Assembly (NCBI GenBank): GCA_040285855.1
Contig: JAUFOQ010000002.1
Coordinates: 806,001 to 870,000 of the forward strand
Reading direction: 5' to 3'
DNA: 64,000 nucleotides
Origin: Eukaryota sp. GEM-RC1
Taxonomy: Eukaryota
Part shown: one piece after another, positions 51,458 to 62,217 of the stretch
How positions within the stretch are numbered: position 1 is the stretch's first letter
Layout of the letters: the number at the start of each line of letters is the position of its first letter
Made by a program: the position numbers and the translations under genes
Notes under the pieces: model-generated
Seen by the model: only the letters and a program-made list of their open reading frames with translations
Told to the model about the DNA's origin: nothing
Database searches by the model: none

Positions 51458-52915
51458 ATGGCTGGAGGTGCAAGCGTTGGCGCTAGAATTACGCCTTTGG
51501 CAGCCTTGAGCTTCACATTCAATATGGCTGTGGGCATTGGTTCAATGAGTTTGCCCAAAGTGTTCCAAACAGTCGGTTTTCTCCTTGGTACGATCTTCAT
51601 CCTTGTTCTTGCTGTGTTTGCTTACATTAGCAGCACATTCGTCATTGAAAGTCTATCAATAGTAAATGCTCTTTTGGACAAAGATCGTTCTGTCAAGTCC
51701 ATCAATGCGGATCACAATCTTAGTCTACACACCCCACTTATTAATATTGAGGAACAGAAGCCAACTTCATTAAGCCCTTTTCATCTCCACCGCAGAACAG
51801 AATATGTCAAAGTCGCGGCTGCCCTTTTCCCACGACCTCTATTGATGTTCTTCAACGTTGTTTTTCTTTCCTATTTCTTGGGTGATCTCAGTATGAAGTC
51901 TTTCTCATTCTCATTGTAGTAATATATGCCACGGGAGTCCCAATCGCTGTCAAACAAATCTTTGGCGAAACTATTTTTGTGTTTGGCAATGAAATCACGG
52001 GCATGGCATTACATCGTTACATCATTGTTATCTTTGGCATAATAATCACACCCTTGTCCCTCGCTGATTACCAGAAGACCCGTGTTTTGCAGTCCATCAC
52101 TTTGGTCCTACGTATCGTTGCTTTCTATACTATGATTATCATTGGTCTAGTCTATGTCCTCAACGGCAGAGGTACTCCTGTGAAGCAGTTACCAGTATTC
52201 AATCTAAAAAACCTACCTGTATTGTTTGGAGGTACTTGCTATTCTATGATGTGTCACCACTCCCTGGCTTCAACTATAACTCCCTTAAATGATCATAAAC
52301 ACGCGTTCCCTGTGCTGAGAAGATCTTTTTATGCTGATGGCCACTTCCTACATTGCTCTTTGTTCAACCGCTGTGTTTGCATTCAGTTCCCCTGATCTAC
52401 CAGAGCACTGTGCAAATTCTCCCAGTGGAACCTGTCAAATTCAGGATTTGTATCTCCAAAACTTCGCCTCACATGACTATCGCATTATTGCGTGGTCTTT
52501 GATGTTGTTCCCGCTGGCCATCTTCGTCACTCTCTATCCAATGATTGTAATGACTCTGAAACAAAATCTGGAACAGTTTCTGCCTTTCAAACCGGATTCT
52601 ACCTTAAAACGCCCCTTCTGCACTTCTTTCTCGATTATAGTTCCGTTGTCCATTGGTCTGGTTTTTTCTGATCTGAAGGCTGTAATTGGATTAGTTGGAA
52701 CGTTCTGCGGATCGTGGATTATGTTTGGGTTCCCCTGTTTGTTCGCTTTCTATGCCAGAAGGGTAGCAAGAAGAGAATTTCCTAATACCGTTGATTTGAA
52801 CTGTTTTGCTAGTAATTTTTCGTCCAATCGTTGGATTTATTTAGTGTTCGGTTTCTTTTCTATTATTTTTGGAGTTCCAGTTTATCGTTTAGTAGCTTCA
52901 TTTTTAGGATTTTAG
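51458..52915 (+). CDS. TMEM104: TMEM104-like amino-acid transporter (one intron, one frameshift)
   Basis: FNMAVGIGSMSLPKVF..GFLLG, FVIESLS..NA, spliced YFLGDLIIYA..VP, QKTRVLQ, LFGG..YSMMCHHSL, LYLQNF, YPMIVMTLKQNL. A +1 shift at T5 52326-52330. Confidence 0.82.
51891..51919 (+). other. 29-nt GT-AG spliceosomal intron
   Basis: GTATGAAGTCTTTCTCATTCTCATTGTAG. Removal gives GGT GAT CTC A|TA ATA TAT GCC (GDLIIYA), puts both ORFs in frame and restores the conserved motif. Confidence 0.85.
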
Positions 52916-53294
52916 TTTCATGAAATATATATAGATTTGTATCTTTTTCTCTTAAAGTCCTCTGAACACTGAATATTATGTTCTTTTCAGTGATGTATAA
53001 AAAATAGCGTACAATACAATATTTGCTGTACACAACCTTAAATTATGAAACGACTCAGTTTAGGTAAACGAAAACAACTGACAAACTATTTACGGCAAAA
53101 TCACGTAATCATTTACGGTTGCTATTTCTATACATCACTGGGTATTGTCCCTGAAAATCTGGACTCAATTCTAGATAGAAGCTGGGAACTATGACACAAA
53201 GAATATCAGACTGGATGATCAAATGAAAGATATACGCATAAGTGATATCTACAAACTTGACTCTCACTTTCAAATCTTTCTCAACTACTAATAA

Positions 53295-53525
53295 ATGAAA
53301 CAGTTTGAAGTGATAGAACAATTGACTGAGCTTGACCCCGAAAGGAAAGAGCGACACTACTTCTTGAGAAACAAAGAAACACAAGACTGTCACGAGATCT
53401 TTCATGATGCAGAAACTGGTGAGTACTGCTTTGAGCTGGAATCGCGAAGTATGCATTCACTAAACGAACTAAGAGGCAAACTCGAAGACAAAACAAGTCA
53501 TCATAGATTTAAAGAGTTTGAATAA
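53295..53525 (+). CDS. Hypothetical 76-aa protein
   Basis: ATG-started hydrophilic ORF with globular-looking composition, convergent on the phosphatase gene. No family recognised. Confidence 0.4.
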   Translation: MKQFEVIEQLTELDPERKERHYFLRNKETQDCHEIFHDAETGEYCFELESRSMHSLNELRGKLEDKTSHHRFKEFE

Positions 53526-53554
53526 AGACAACAAGATACTGTATAAACAAAAAA

Positions 53555-55364
53555 TTAACAAATACAACATTTTCCTAAAGCAAAATACTGAGGTCTTTTG
53601 AACGTTTCAATTGCTCTATTAAATGTAATGGGTTCCAATTCATTCGGATTGAGATCCCCATCAGATCCAATCCTAGCTACAAGCACTGCTCCCATATTGT
53701 TCTGTTCCTGGTAATTAGGACAAGAAAAAACAGTATACAGACGGTCTTGATGATGTGATAACCATCCTTGAGCAACCATTTCATGACTTCTAATAAACAC
53801 CTTCAACTTGTTAGTCTCAAGGAATGATCTGGTGACGTCACCACCAAACTCATATCCAAATCCTCTATAAGAAGGATGAACTCCCGCAGCAGCAGAAGGA
53901 TCGCTCCATAATAGACTTTCAATTAAGGAATCTCTTGGGAATAGCTCTAAAACTCGGTTCTCCTGATTAATATCATTGATTGAGAGGGTAGATCCATTCT
54001 TGGGAAGTCCACCATGAACAACGAAAGCACTTCTATTAACAACAGTAGCAATGGGCAAATAAGCAAAAGCAGTGTGAAAGGAATTGTACAAGAAACGATG
54101 AGAACTCTCATATTTGTCCTTTAGCTCCTTACTAAAACCGTAGTCAGCTGTGCACCACCTTGTTTCATGGTTACCTCTATTCAAGTAAACTCGACCTGGG
54201 CATTTTAAAAACATGAGTAGAATCAACATTACAGCTTCAACTGAATAACGACCTCTATCAACCCAATCACCGTTAAAAACGTATGCCACATCATCAGCAG
54301 GATATCCATTGATTTGTAGGATTTGTAACAAATCATAGAATTGGCCATGGATATCACCAACAAGGACAACCTTACAGTCCTTAGGTAGTTCAGCTTCTAC
54401 TACATTCGGAAGAGCAGAGAGAGACTTTCTAGCATGATCCAGTACTCTCATAATGCATTTCTGAGTCAGTTCTCCTCCATTGGATAGAGTTTCAGCTAAA
54501 GCAGGGAGATCTTCAGGACCCAAGCCAACGAGTTGTTCTTCATTGTAGTCAATGAACTCTCGTTGTTCAGTGAGGGGTTTGAGGAAGACTCGGAGGTGAG
54601 AGCCATTGGGGATATTGGCAATGTTGGTTCCGCTGTGTATTTCATGTTCGACACCTCTTCCTTCGATATGTGTTACTTTACAGACGTGGTGACCGAAGTG
54701 TTGGTAGATGCAATGAACAAGAGATTCAAGAGATGATAGAGAGGTTTCTTTGGGCTCAACTAAGCGGGAGGGGATAAGAGAAGCCTTGTCAGAAAGAGAG
54801 ATTTTGGAGTTAATGACCCAAGAACGTTCGTGTTTTTGACCAAGAGTGAGCGGAATTTCGTCGGCAGTAGCTCGGAAAGGGTGGAGGACAAAATGGCGTC
54901 TTTTCGAAGCTGCGTGGAGTAGGGAGACGCATTGTTCTTCGGATATTTGGAGTGATTTGGAGGACAATGCATGGTTGAAGGACTGAAGAGTTTCTGGAGT
55001 TAGGGTCGCGAAGGACTCGAGTGAGTCGAAGCCCTCTGCCTTGAACAAATCGATGATCGGCTTGCTAGCAAGCGATGGATTCTTGTAGAACAAGAAGGAT
55101 TCTATGGAGAAATCTTGCGAAAAATCATAAAGACGGCATTCAACGTCTGTAAGGGGAGAATCCTTGTTCAGTAGAACACCCTCAACTGTTCGTATCAATG
55201 GACATGGCAAAGGATGCGACTCTCCAAAAAAGTAGCGGAATATTTCTGGCTGTAAATGACCTAATGTTGGTTTTCTCGAAAGCTACACTACATTGAAAGG
55301 TCTCCTTCCAATCGTTGTAGCAGACGGTTAGTGTAGAGATTTCTGCTGAAGCAGGAATGGTCAT
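53555..55364 (-). CDS. PPP-family Ser/Thr phosphatase (PP5/PPEF-like catalytic domain) with atypical N-terminus, one frameshift
   Basis: GDIHGQFYDL, FNGDWVDRG, LNRGNHE, VVHGGL, LLWSDP, IRSHE, TVFSCPNY. Probable start MTIPASAE at ATG 55364, joined by a +1 shift at T4 55271-55274. Confidence 0.85.
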
Positions 55365-55791
55365 TTTCAATGGGGGAAAAACTGAAATTTCAATGCAACA
55401 CCTGCCAAATTGGGAATCCCCGGTAGATACCATAGCCTAAGTTTCAAGAAGATCTATGGCAGATAGCACGAACAGTAAAATATCTGATTACGAAGAGTAG
55501 CGCAGTACTAATCTGGTCGAATCGTGTTCTAGTTCAATTGTCGTTGGTCTATCCTCATGTTCATACTTCCGCTTCCCAAAAATGCTCTAAATTGGAACTA
55601 TTCACAACAACAGATCATGTACTGTGCACAATGTCCAGTTTTTTCCTTTGAGAAACTCAGTGGTATTCTGCATTTGTACTGGTAAATGAAACCGTTTCTG
55701 TTTAATGTCCATAACAGTCGAATCTCTACAGATTTTATTCAATTCTCCAGTCAATAAATATAAAATTCTACTTACAAATTTAAACAACACC

Positions 55792-58107
55792 TTAAAAATC
55801 AAAATCTTCGTCATCATCATCCTCAAACAAAGCAGCTCTAAGATTCTCCTTCTGAATCTCTTCCGGATCAAATGACACCGGTGGTAATCCTGCCAATGGA
55901 GGTGGAGGAACCTCATCTTCTGACCAATGCTCAGAATCTGAATCATCATGACTACCATACATATCATCCATTTGATCAGGAACGGAAGCTTCTTGATTGA
56001 GCAGTGGGGCTTGAGAAGGGATCACTGATTCTTCTTGATGTAACTCACTATCACTATCAGAAAAGCCATCAGCATGTTCTTCTTCATGATACTCTTCATC
56101 CTCAACGACGTCTATTAGGTCAGTGGGGTTGGCAACAAATGGAACAGTCATGTCATTGTCAACAGCCACAGGTAACACTTCAGGTTCATCATGTAAAAGT
56201 GGAGATGAAGGTGCGGGGATTTCAACAATCTGGAAATCTTCTCCTTCATCATCATCGTGTTCTTCAACTTGTTCTACTTCTTCTGAGTAAGAAACAGATG
56301 TTGGTGGTTGTTCGTAAGTGGTTTGACTCGAAGCAAGAGGCGTTGGTTTAGAAGCAGGTGGGGGAGGAACAACAATAGGATCTTCCTCTTCACTTTCATC
56401 ACTACTGATGACGTGATCGCCATCAAGGGTAATCTGACCGTACTTTTGAGCTGATCTTAACACAGAAGAGGCAATTGTCACGACCTCATCTAGAGTAAAG
56501 AAATCGTCCTCGCAATCAGCAATTGATTTCTTAAATTTAGATATCAGTTTATCATGGAAATGCTTTGCCGTCTTGTTCACAACCAAAAAGCTCTTATCCT
56601 TGAACTTATTCATCTCCGACTGTAAAGAATGAATAGCCATGGAAGCTTTCTCAGTAGACATGTTCTGAGTCATTTCTAGAGAAGAAACACGTGATGATAA
56701 CTCTCTGATTGTCTGATCAGACTCTGTCTTGATTGAGTGGAGCTCACTTTCGAGAGTCTTTGTTCGACTCTCAAAATAGCTACGACGTTCCTCTGATTCA
56801 TCCAACAACTTCTTGATTGCTGAATGATTATCACGTGATTGGGCCAAATTCTCACGAGACTCTTCAAGACTTCTTCTTAATTCCGACACCTCCTGCTCAT
56901 TCTTATCCCTTTGAGTCTTGACACTCAGAAGTGATTCTCGTAATTCCCCCACAGTAGTTCTACTCTGAGAAAAGGATTCCTGAAGAATCTCTAGTTCCTG
57001 AGACAGTCTACGGGTGGCGTCATCATGTAGAATCTGACTTCGCCTATTCTCCTCTTGAGCTAATAATAAATCTCGATTAAACTCTTCTTTTTGTTGAGAT
57101 ACATCGGCCATTCTTCTCTCCGCAGACTCCAACCGTTCCCTGAGGAAAGCGGCATCTGCTTTCTTCTCCTTAACCTCGTTCTTCATTCGCTCAATCTCAC
57201 TTCCCCACTTATGAAGTTTAGAAGCAAGAACAAGAGGAGATGAGGACTCGTCAGCATCTCCATGAGAGAGTACAAGGTCAGTCATTGGAGTGAGAACAGA
57301 CTTGAGCTCAGATACTTGTGAAGATAGTGACTTAAGAGCAGAGATAACTTCAGGGGAGTTAGAAGCTGAAGGCACAGGAGCTTGTTGAGAAGGTGGCATG
57401 AAAGGAGAAGGGTTAGGCTGGAAATCAGCATAGTTATCAGGGTAAGGCATTCTCTGAGGGAATGGAGGCATAGGCATTTGTTGAGGGAAGCCTGGTTGAA
57501 AGTTAGACATTGGATGAGGAGGGAGGACTTGTCTAGAACGAAGAGAGTGCGGATCGGAGGAAGGTTGATACTGGGGAGGGTAGTTGTACTGAGGATCAAA
57601 AGGATGAGCTTCTTTGTACATGGAACGGTCATATCCATAGCTAACATCAGAAAGAGTTGCACTTGTAGGACGGTTTTGGTTATGTGTCATTGCTGAAACA
57701 TTATGCATTTGTTGAGGCTGTTGAGACATTGATGGAACAGTATGCATTTGCTGTTGGTATTGAGGAGTATGTTGAGATTTAGAGGGGGTTGAGGGGTTGC
57801 TTCCAGTAGCCTCATAACTGACTTCTGTAGGTTCTTTAGTAGCTTCAACGATGCTATCTCGTTTCTTCAGCTTCTTTTTCCTCTTCGATTTAGGTTTACT
57901 GCTTTTTGGGAGACCTTGGTAGAATTCAGGAGGAACATCCCATGTAGTTTCGTTTGTAGTACTGTTGAAGTAGTATGGTGTTCCTTTAGGATCTAGAATT
58001 TCCTGCCAATCACAGGGAGTACTCCAAGCACTTTCCATGGTGGATGTATTGTAAAAGTAGGTACGGCCATCGTCAGTTGCGACTTCCTTCCAAATGATTG
58101 AAGTCAT
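55792..58107 (-). CDS. Tandem-WW, Pro/Gln-rich, coiled-coil protein with acidic tail (FKBP15-like C-terminal half)
   Basis: ATG 58107. WW domains WKEVATDDGRTYFYNTSTMESAWSTP and WQEILDPKGTPYYFNSTTNETTWDVP. Long coiled coil. Ends LFEDDDDEDFDF. Confidence 0.8.
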   Translation of the reverse strand: MTSIIWKEVATDDGRTYFYNTSTMESAWSTPCDWQEILDPKGTPYYFNSTTNETTWDVPPEFYQGLPKSSKPKSKRKKKLKKRDSIVEATKEPTEVSYEATGSNPSTPSKSQHTPQYQQQMHTVPSMSQQPQQMHNVSAMTHNQNRPTSATLSDVSYGYDRSMYKEAHPFDPQYNYPPQYQPSSDPHSLRSRQVLPPHPMSNFQPGFPQQMPMPPFPQRMPYPDNYADFQPNPSPFMPPSQQAPVPSASNSPEVISALKSLSSQVSELKSVLTPMTDLVLSHGDADESSSPLVLASKLHKWGSEIERMKNEVKEKKADAAFLRERLESAERRMADVSQQKEEFNRDLLLAQEENRRSQILHDDATRRLSQELEILQESFSQSRTTVGELRESLLSVKTQRDKNEQEVSELRRSLEESRENLAQSRDNHSAIKKLLDESEERRSYFESRTKTLESELHSIKTESDQTIRELSSRVSSLEMTQNMSTEKASMAIHSLQSEMNKFKDKSFLVVNKTAKHFHDKLISKFKKSIADCEDDFFTLDEVVTIASSVLRSAQKYGQITLDGDHVISSDESEEEDPIVVPPPPASKPTPLASSQTTYEQPPTSVSYSEEVEQVEEHDDDEGEDFQIVEIPAPSSPLLHDEPEVLPVAVDNDMTVPFVANPTDLIDVVEDEEYHEEEHADGFSDSDSELHQEESVIPSQAPLLNQEASVPDQMDDMYGSHDDSDSEHWSEDEVPPPPLAGLPPVSFDPEEIQKENLRAALFEDDDDEDFDF

Positions 58108-58979
58108 TGTAGAGAGAAATTGGTTGAATCCTGAAATGAGATTTTGTGGCTTCCATTTTGCCACTTGTCGAACTTGGCTGTTCAGATAATAAGTTGCTTC
58201 AGTAGGCTTTTTTGATGAGGTTTTTGTTTTTGCTTTCACCTATATTGTCAATGTATCTCCACCTGTATTTACGGCAATTCCGCATGCCGAACTAATGAAT
58301 ATCTTCTGAAGATGACTGTCAGCAATAAATGTGTTTACATTACATACAAATGAAACAAATATTTAAATTATTGTGAAGCTTAAGTACGTGTACTCACCGA
58401 TATATATGAAACAGTTTACTTCCCCCACTCATCATTGGCCTGTTCAAATTTCACTTTCATGTAGTGTCTTGCCTACTTGACAATTTTTCCATCAAAGTAG
58501 ATGTATATTTTTGAGTAGACACAATTTTGACAGTGACTTCCTTTTTGAGGACATAGCAGTGATAGGATACGACAGCGATGGGTCTTGATTTAATCATAGC
58601 AAAGTATCATAGCTATACTTGTACTAAAATATACTCGTGAAAAAGTCTGGCTATAAAAAGAAATTTAAACGGTGACTACGTCTCCTCAACAAATTACCAA
58701 TTAACAAAAACAGTATCTTACTTAACTGAGATCTTTCCATAGGCAACAACTATAGGTAGGTACCAGTACAATAATTCGTAAGTAAATGTAAATGATTATA
58801 ATTGTTCACAAGAGCTGACCTTAGCTTCCATGTACAGACTTTAAGGTCAGTCAGCTGTTCAAACAACACCTTTCTTTCAAAAAGTGATACGAGGAAGCTA
58901 TAAATAGAGCAATCTGTTGATGGAAAAATATACACAGTATCATAGAGATCCATTTCAATTCTGACCTTAGACAAATCGG

Positions 58980-60470
58980 CAAAACAAATCTCTGTTCATT
59001 GAAGTAAATTGGCAAGAAAATTTTCTTGCAATTTTCCGATTTACTATGGCAATACCGAGGAGATCTGGAAATGTACCTTTAATGTTGAAACTCAAATTAT
59101 TTCTGAGTCTCAATTGTTTTTTTACTCAACAGATGCCCCGTTTTGAATATGTGTGCTAATGAAAGAGAAGTGTATGTAAGCACAGAATCTGGAATCATTG
59201 TGAAACATCTACTTTGGAATCAAGAACTGAAGTTAGGGTCAGACGATATCAGTCTTTCAGCATTTTCGTTGGACAAAGATTTCTACGCAAATGCTAATTG
59301 TTCTACATAGAACACACATTTCTCGATATTACATGGCCAGAATTCATGGTTTCAATGATATAAAGCTCAAGAGTCCAGTTCAGCCTGTAGGTTGGAAAAG
59401 CTCTCAATTTTCTCCTGAATTCGTTGCTCTAAAAAAAAGATCCCAATTATCTCCATCGACGTTTTGTTGTTGATAGACGTTCTATTTATGTACTCGTCAA
59501 TGACGAATTGATTGATGTTTTAGCTTTATCTGATTTGATCAGATATTGTCAAAAGTGTAGTAACGTTATTGATGATAATGATTCATTTTCTGATGCATGT
59601 GGTCTATTTGAATTGTCCTATGTGTATATTTTTGTTACAAAAGACAACTGGATTGGGATATTCAAGTGTCAAGGCACCGCAGTATCAGTATATCTCAGCT
59701 CAATCATTCGTGACAAGTCTCATGGGCAAATATTACGAATATTTCCTTCTTGTACTATCGATGGTACTGTATATATTGTGTGTGAGAAAGGCATTAAGAC
59801 TCTAACTGTTATATGTTAAATCTGTAGCTGCGTTTGATGAAATACAAATGTTTGTTATATAAGTATTATCTATAGCTTAGCATATGATGTATTTTATCTA
59901 GGTACATTCACTATACTACACTTTTGCTTCTAGTAAGCACGTTATGATATACGTTTTCTGCAACTACTTTTCGACTACAATCCCCAAGATTTCCCACATC
60001 TTCATGGAATTAACTCCTAATCAATTTAAAACATACGAAATGACAACAAAGTGTTAACTCGACCAAAAACACATGTTCCTTCAGATGTTTGATTGTCCGA
60101 TACATCAACAAGTTATTGACGATGGCAGATCGTGTATATATAGCTGAAGCTCAGCCATTCTGTTCATAAAACGTCTTAAGCAGAAACGACATATCATACA
60201 ACTCACCACTTAGAGACTCCAAGAAGATTCCGACATCGATTGATTCCCTTTCGGCTACGTAGAGGAGACTTGAAGAAAGGGACTTGATGGATTCATGCAC
60301 CAAGTAGGAAGAAGTGTAAACAATGTGGAAGTCGACCTATCTGGTTGGTTAAAATGCTGTGAGTCATGATCGGTAGAATGTCAAAGAAGAGTGTGTCAAA
60401 TCTTCCAGTTGACTTTTGTTGATTTTCTTTAGATTTCACCGATAAACACTTTGTCGACTACAGTTCATTC
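58980..60470. pseudogene. Decayed coding-like sequence upstream of the Fanzor locus
   Basis: Broken protein-like frames on + (59040-59820) and - (59900-60470) with multiple stops. No transposase motif recognised. Confidence 0.25.
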
Positions 60471-60473
60471 TGA

Positions 60474-61739
60474 ATGAACATTATCTTTGTTACAAGCTAC
60501 AAGTCTATGTGTTTGAGAACATTCCAATGTATGGTGGACATCTGTCGTCTAACTGTCTTTGTTGAGTGTTTTAACACCACCTTAGCGCCGCTCTGTGATT
60601 ATTGCTGTCATCAGTACTGTTTTGCTCCCTTAGTAATAAAACCGGTTGTTTCCTCGCATAATCCGTTCCCAAAAGACCTCACCGCCGACGGTGACACTGA
60701 GTCCAATCCAGGACCGATTTCTGAATCAGCCCTACAGACTTTGTTGCCTGATGAGTGGATCGATGATGAAGTTATTGATGAGTATTGTAAGTATCTCTTT
60801 AACTTACATAATTATCCTGTTGAATGCTTTATTTCTCCGACCCTAATGTTGCACAATACTGTGGATACAACCACTCAACAATTTGATGATGTTCTACTCA
60901 CGAATTTTATCATACAACAATTGACAAAAATTTGTCATTGCCGATATTTTATTGCTCCTGTTATTAATAATACAGGTACCAAAGGTTATCACTGGGGGTT
61001 GTTGATTATCGACCGTCATATCTCAAAGTGGTTGTTCATTGATCCAAATTACGACACTAATGATTTTTATCTAGATGAAGAAAACGTAGAATGTCCATCT
61101 GGTAGCTTCAATGTGTTCTTGTCAACAGTGCATTCAGCACTTTGTGTGCTTGAGTATATGCCTATCATTGTACCCGTTACCCAGAAACAAACACCTAATG
61201 ACTGTGGAGTCTATGTTCTTGAGTATATCAGAATATTTGTACATGCTTTGAACTTTCGCAATATAGATAACGTTTCAGCTGTAAAAGATGAATTACAGAA
61301 TGCTAACAAGTACATTGATGCTGGTTCAGTTCGACAGACCATTATTAATTATTTTGTACCACCAACGGTAACGACTGCTGATCATCCTGAGTCACGTAAG
61401 TCCAAACCAAGAGAGCCATCTGGTGCTAGTCCTGCAAAACGAAAATCAAAAATCAGTCCAGCCAGTCCATTACCACCTACTGTATTAAAACCCGTTCCTG
61501 TCACACCTATTCGTGTCTCCAAAAAAATCAGGACCAGAGATCCACTCAGTCAATCAGGTCTTACTCCTCAAACACGAAAACATAGAATTGCTCCTGTTTC
61601 TGAAAGTCAACAGACGATACCATCTCAGTCCCCTCCGTCAATACCTGCGTCAATACCTGAAGTGCAGCCAGAACAAGAACCCAATCAACCACAAAAGTTC
61701 TGTGTAATTGAGGATAAAAAGTGTGATCTCAGATCCTGA
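60474..61739 (+). CDS. 2A-like peptide plus Ulp1/SENP (C48-like) cysteine protease plus Pro/Ser/Lys-rich linker
   Basis: LQTLLPDEWIDDEVIDEY (WLNDxxI motif). GYHWGLLIID (His codon 60990), FIDP (Asp 61041), QKQTPNDCGVYVL (Cys 61203). Confidence 0.88.
   Translation: MNIIFVTSYKSMCLRTFQCMVDICRLTVFVECFNTTLAPLCDYCCHQYCFAPLVIKPVVSSHNPFPKDLTADGDTESNPGPISESALQTLLPDEWIDDEVIDEYCKYLFNLHNYPVECFISPTLMLHNTVDTTTQQFDDVLLTNFIIQQLTKICHCRYFIAPVINNTGTKGYHWGLLIIDRHISKWLFIDPNYDTNDFYLDEENVECPSGSFNVFLSTVHSALCVLEYMPIIVPVTQKQTPNDCGVYVLEYIRIFVHALNFRNIDNVSAVKDELQNANKYIDAGSVRQTIINYFVPPTVTTADHPESRKSKPREPSGASPAKRKSKISPASPLPPTVLKPVPVTPIRVSKKIRTRDPLSQSGLTPQTRKHRIAPVSESQQTIPSQSPPSIPASIPEVQPEQEPNQPQKFCVIEDKKCDLRS
60666..60716 (+). 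other. 2A/StopGo-like ribosomal skipping sequence
   Basis: FPKDLTADGDTESNPG|P matches D(V/I)ExNPGP except V/I->T, and has the upstream DLTxDG context seen in viral 2As. Confidence 0.75.
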
Positions 61740-62217
61740 ACGCTTGAATCTTAAAGTCGTTCGAGTTAAACAGGAGCCAGAAGTAGACGAAGAGATTGAA
61801 TCAACTTCAGAAGGTATTCCACAAATTCAGGATACTACTTTTGAAATTCAGCGTGATCCAGATTTAGATCCAATTGTGTCAATCTCTCTTCAGTTTACCC
61901 ATGATAAAATTACAATTGAAACTCACCTTTTCACCCATAATGTTTCAGAAATTTCACTTCCTAATTGTGTAGTTCACGCGTTTACAACTGAAAAATCAAT
62001 GTTAACAAATTTCATTACATTTTTAAATCTTAACAAGCCCAGTTTGTTAATAAGTTATGATTGGCATTTAGATACTTTTCCGTTTTTAGTATCACGATGT
62101 AAAAAATTAGAAGTTGACATTGATTATACAATTGATGATTACATTTCTTCTCTTCCATCTTGGTTCCATAGATGGTGCAAACCAACGGAAATTGGTCCTT
62201 TTATTCCCTTGACTTGA
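61708..62217 (+). CDS. Degenerate family-B DNA polymerase 3'-5' exonuclease-like domain (middle of polyprotein)
   Basis: TFEIQ..DPDLDPIVSISL, VHAFTTEKSMLTNFITFLNLNKPSLLISYDWHLDTFPFLVSRCKKL parallels the PolB exo pattern sFDIE..DPI..I, F..E..LL..F......PD...GYN...FD.PYL..R...L. Confidence 0.65.
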   Translation: MRIKSVISDPERLNLKVVRVKQEPEVDEEIESTSEGIPQIQDTTFEIQRDPDLDPIVSISLQFTHDKITIETHLFTHNVSEISLPNCVVHAFTTEKSMLTNFITFLNLNKPSLLISYDWHLDTFPFLVSRCKKLEVDIDYTIDDYISSLPSWFHRWCKPTEIGPFIPLT

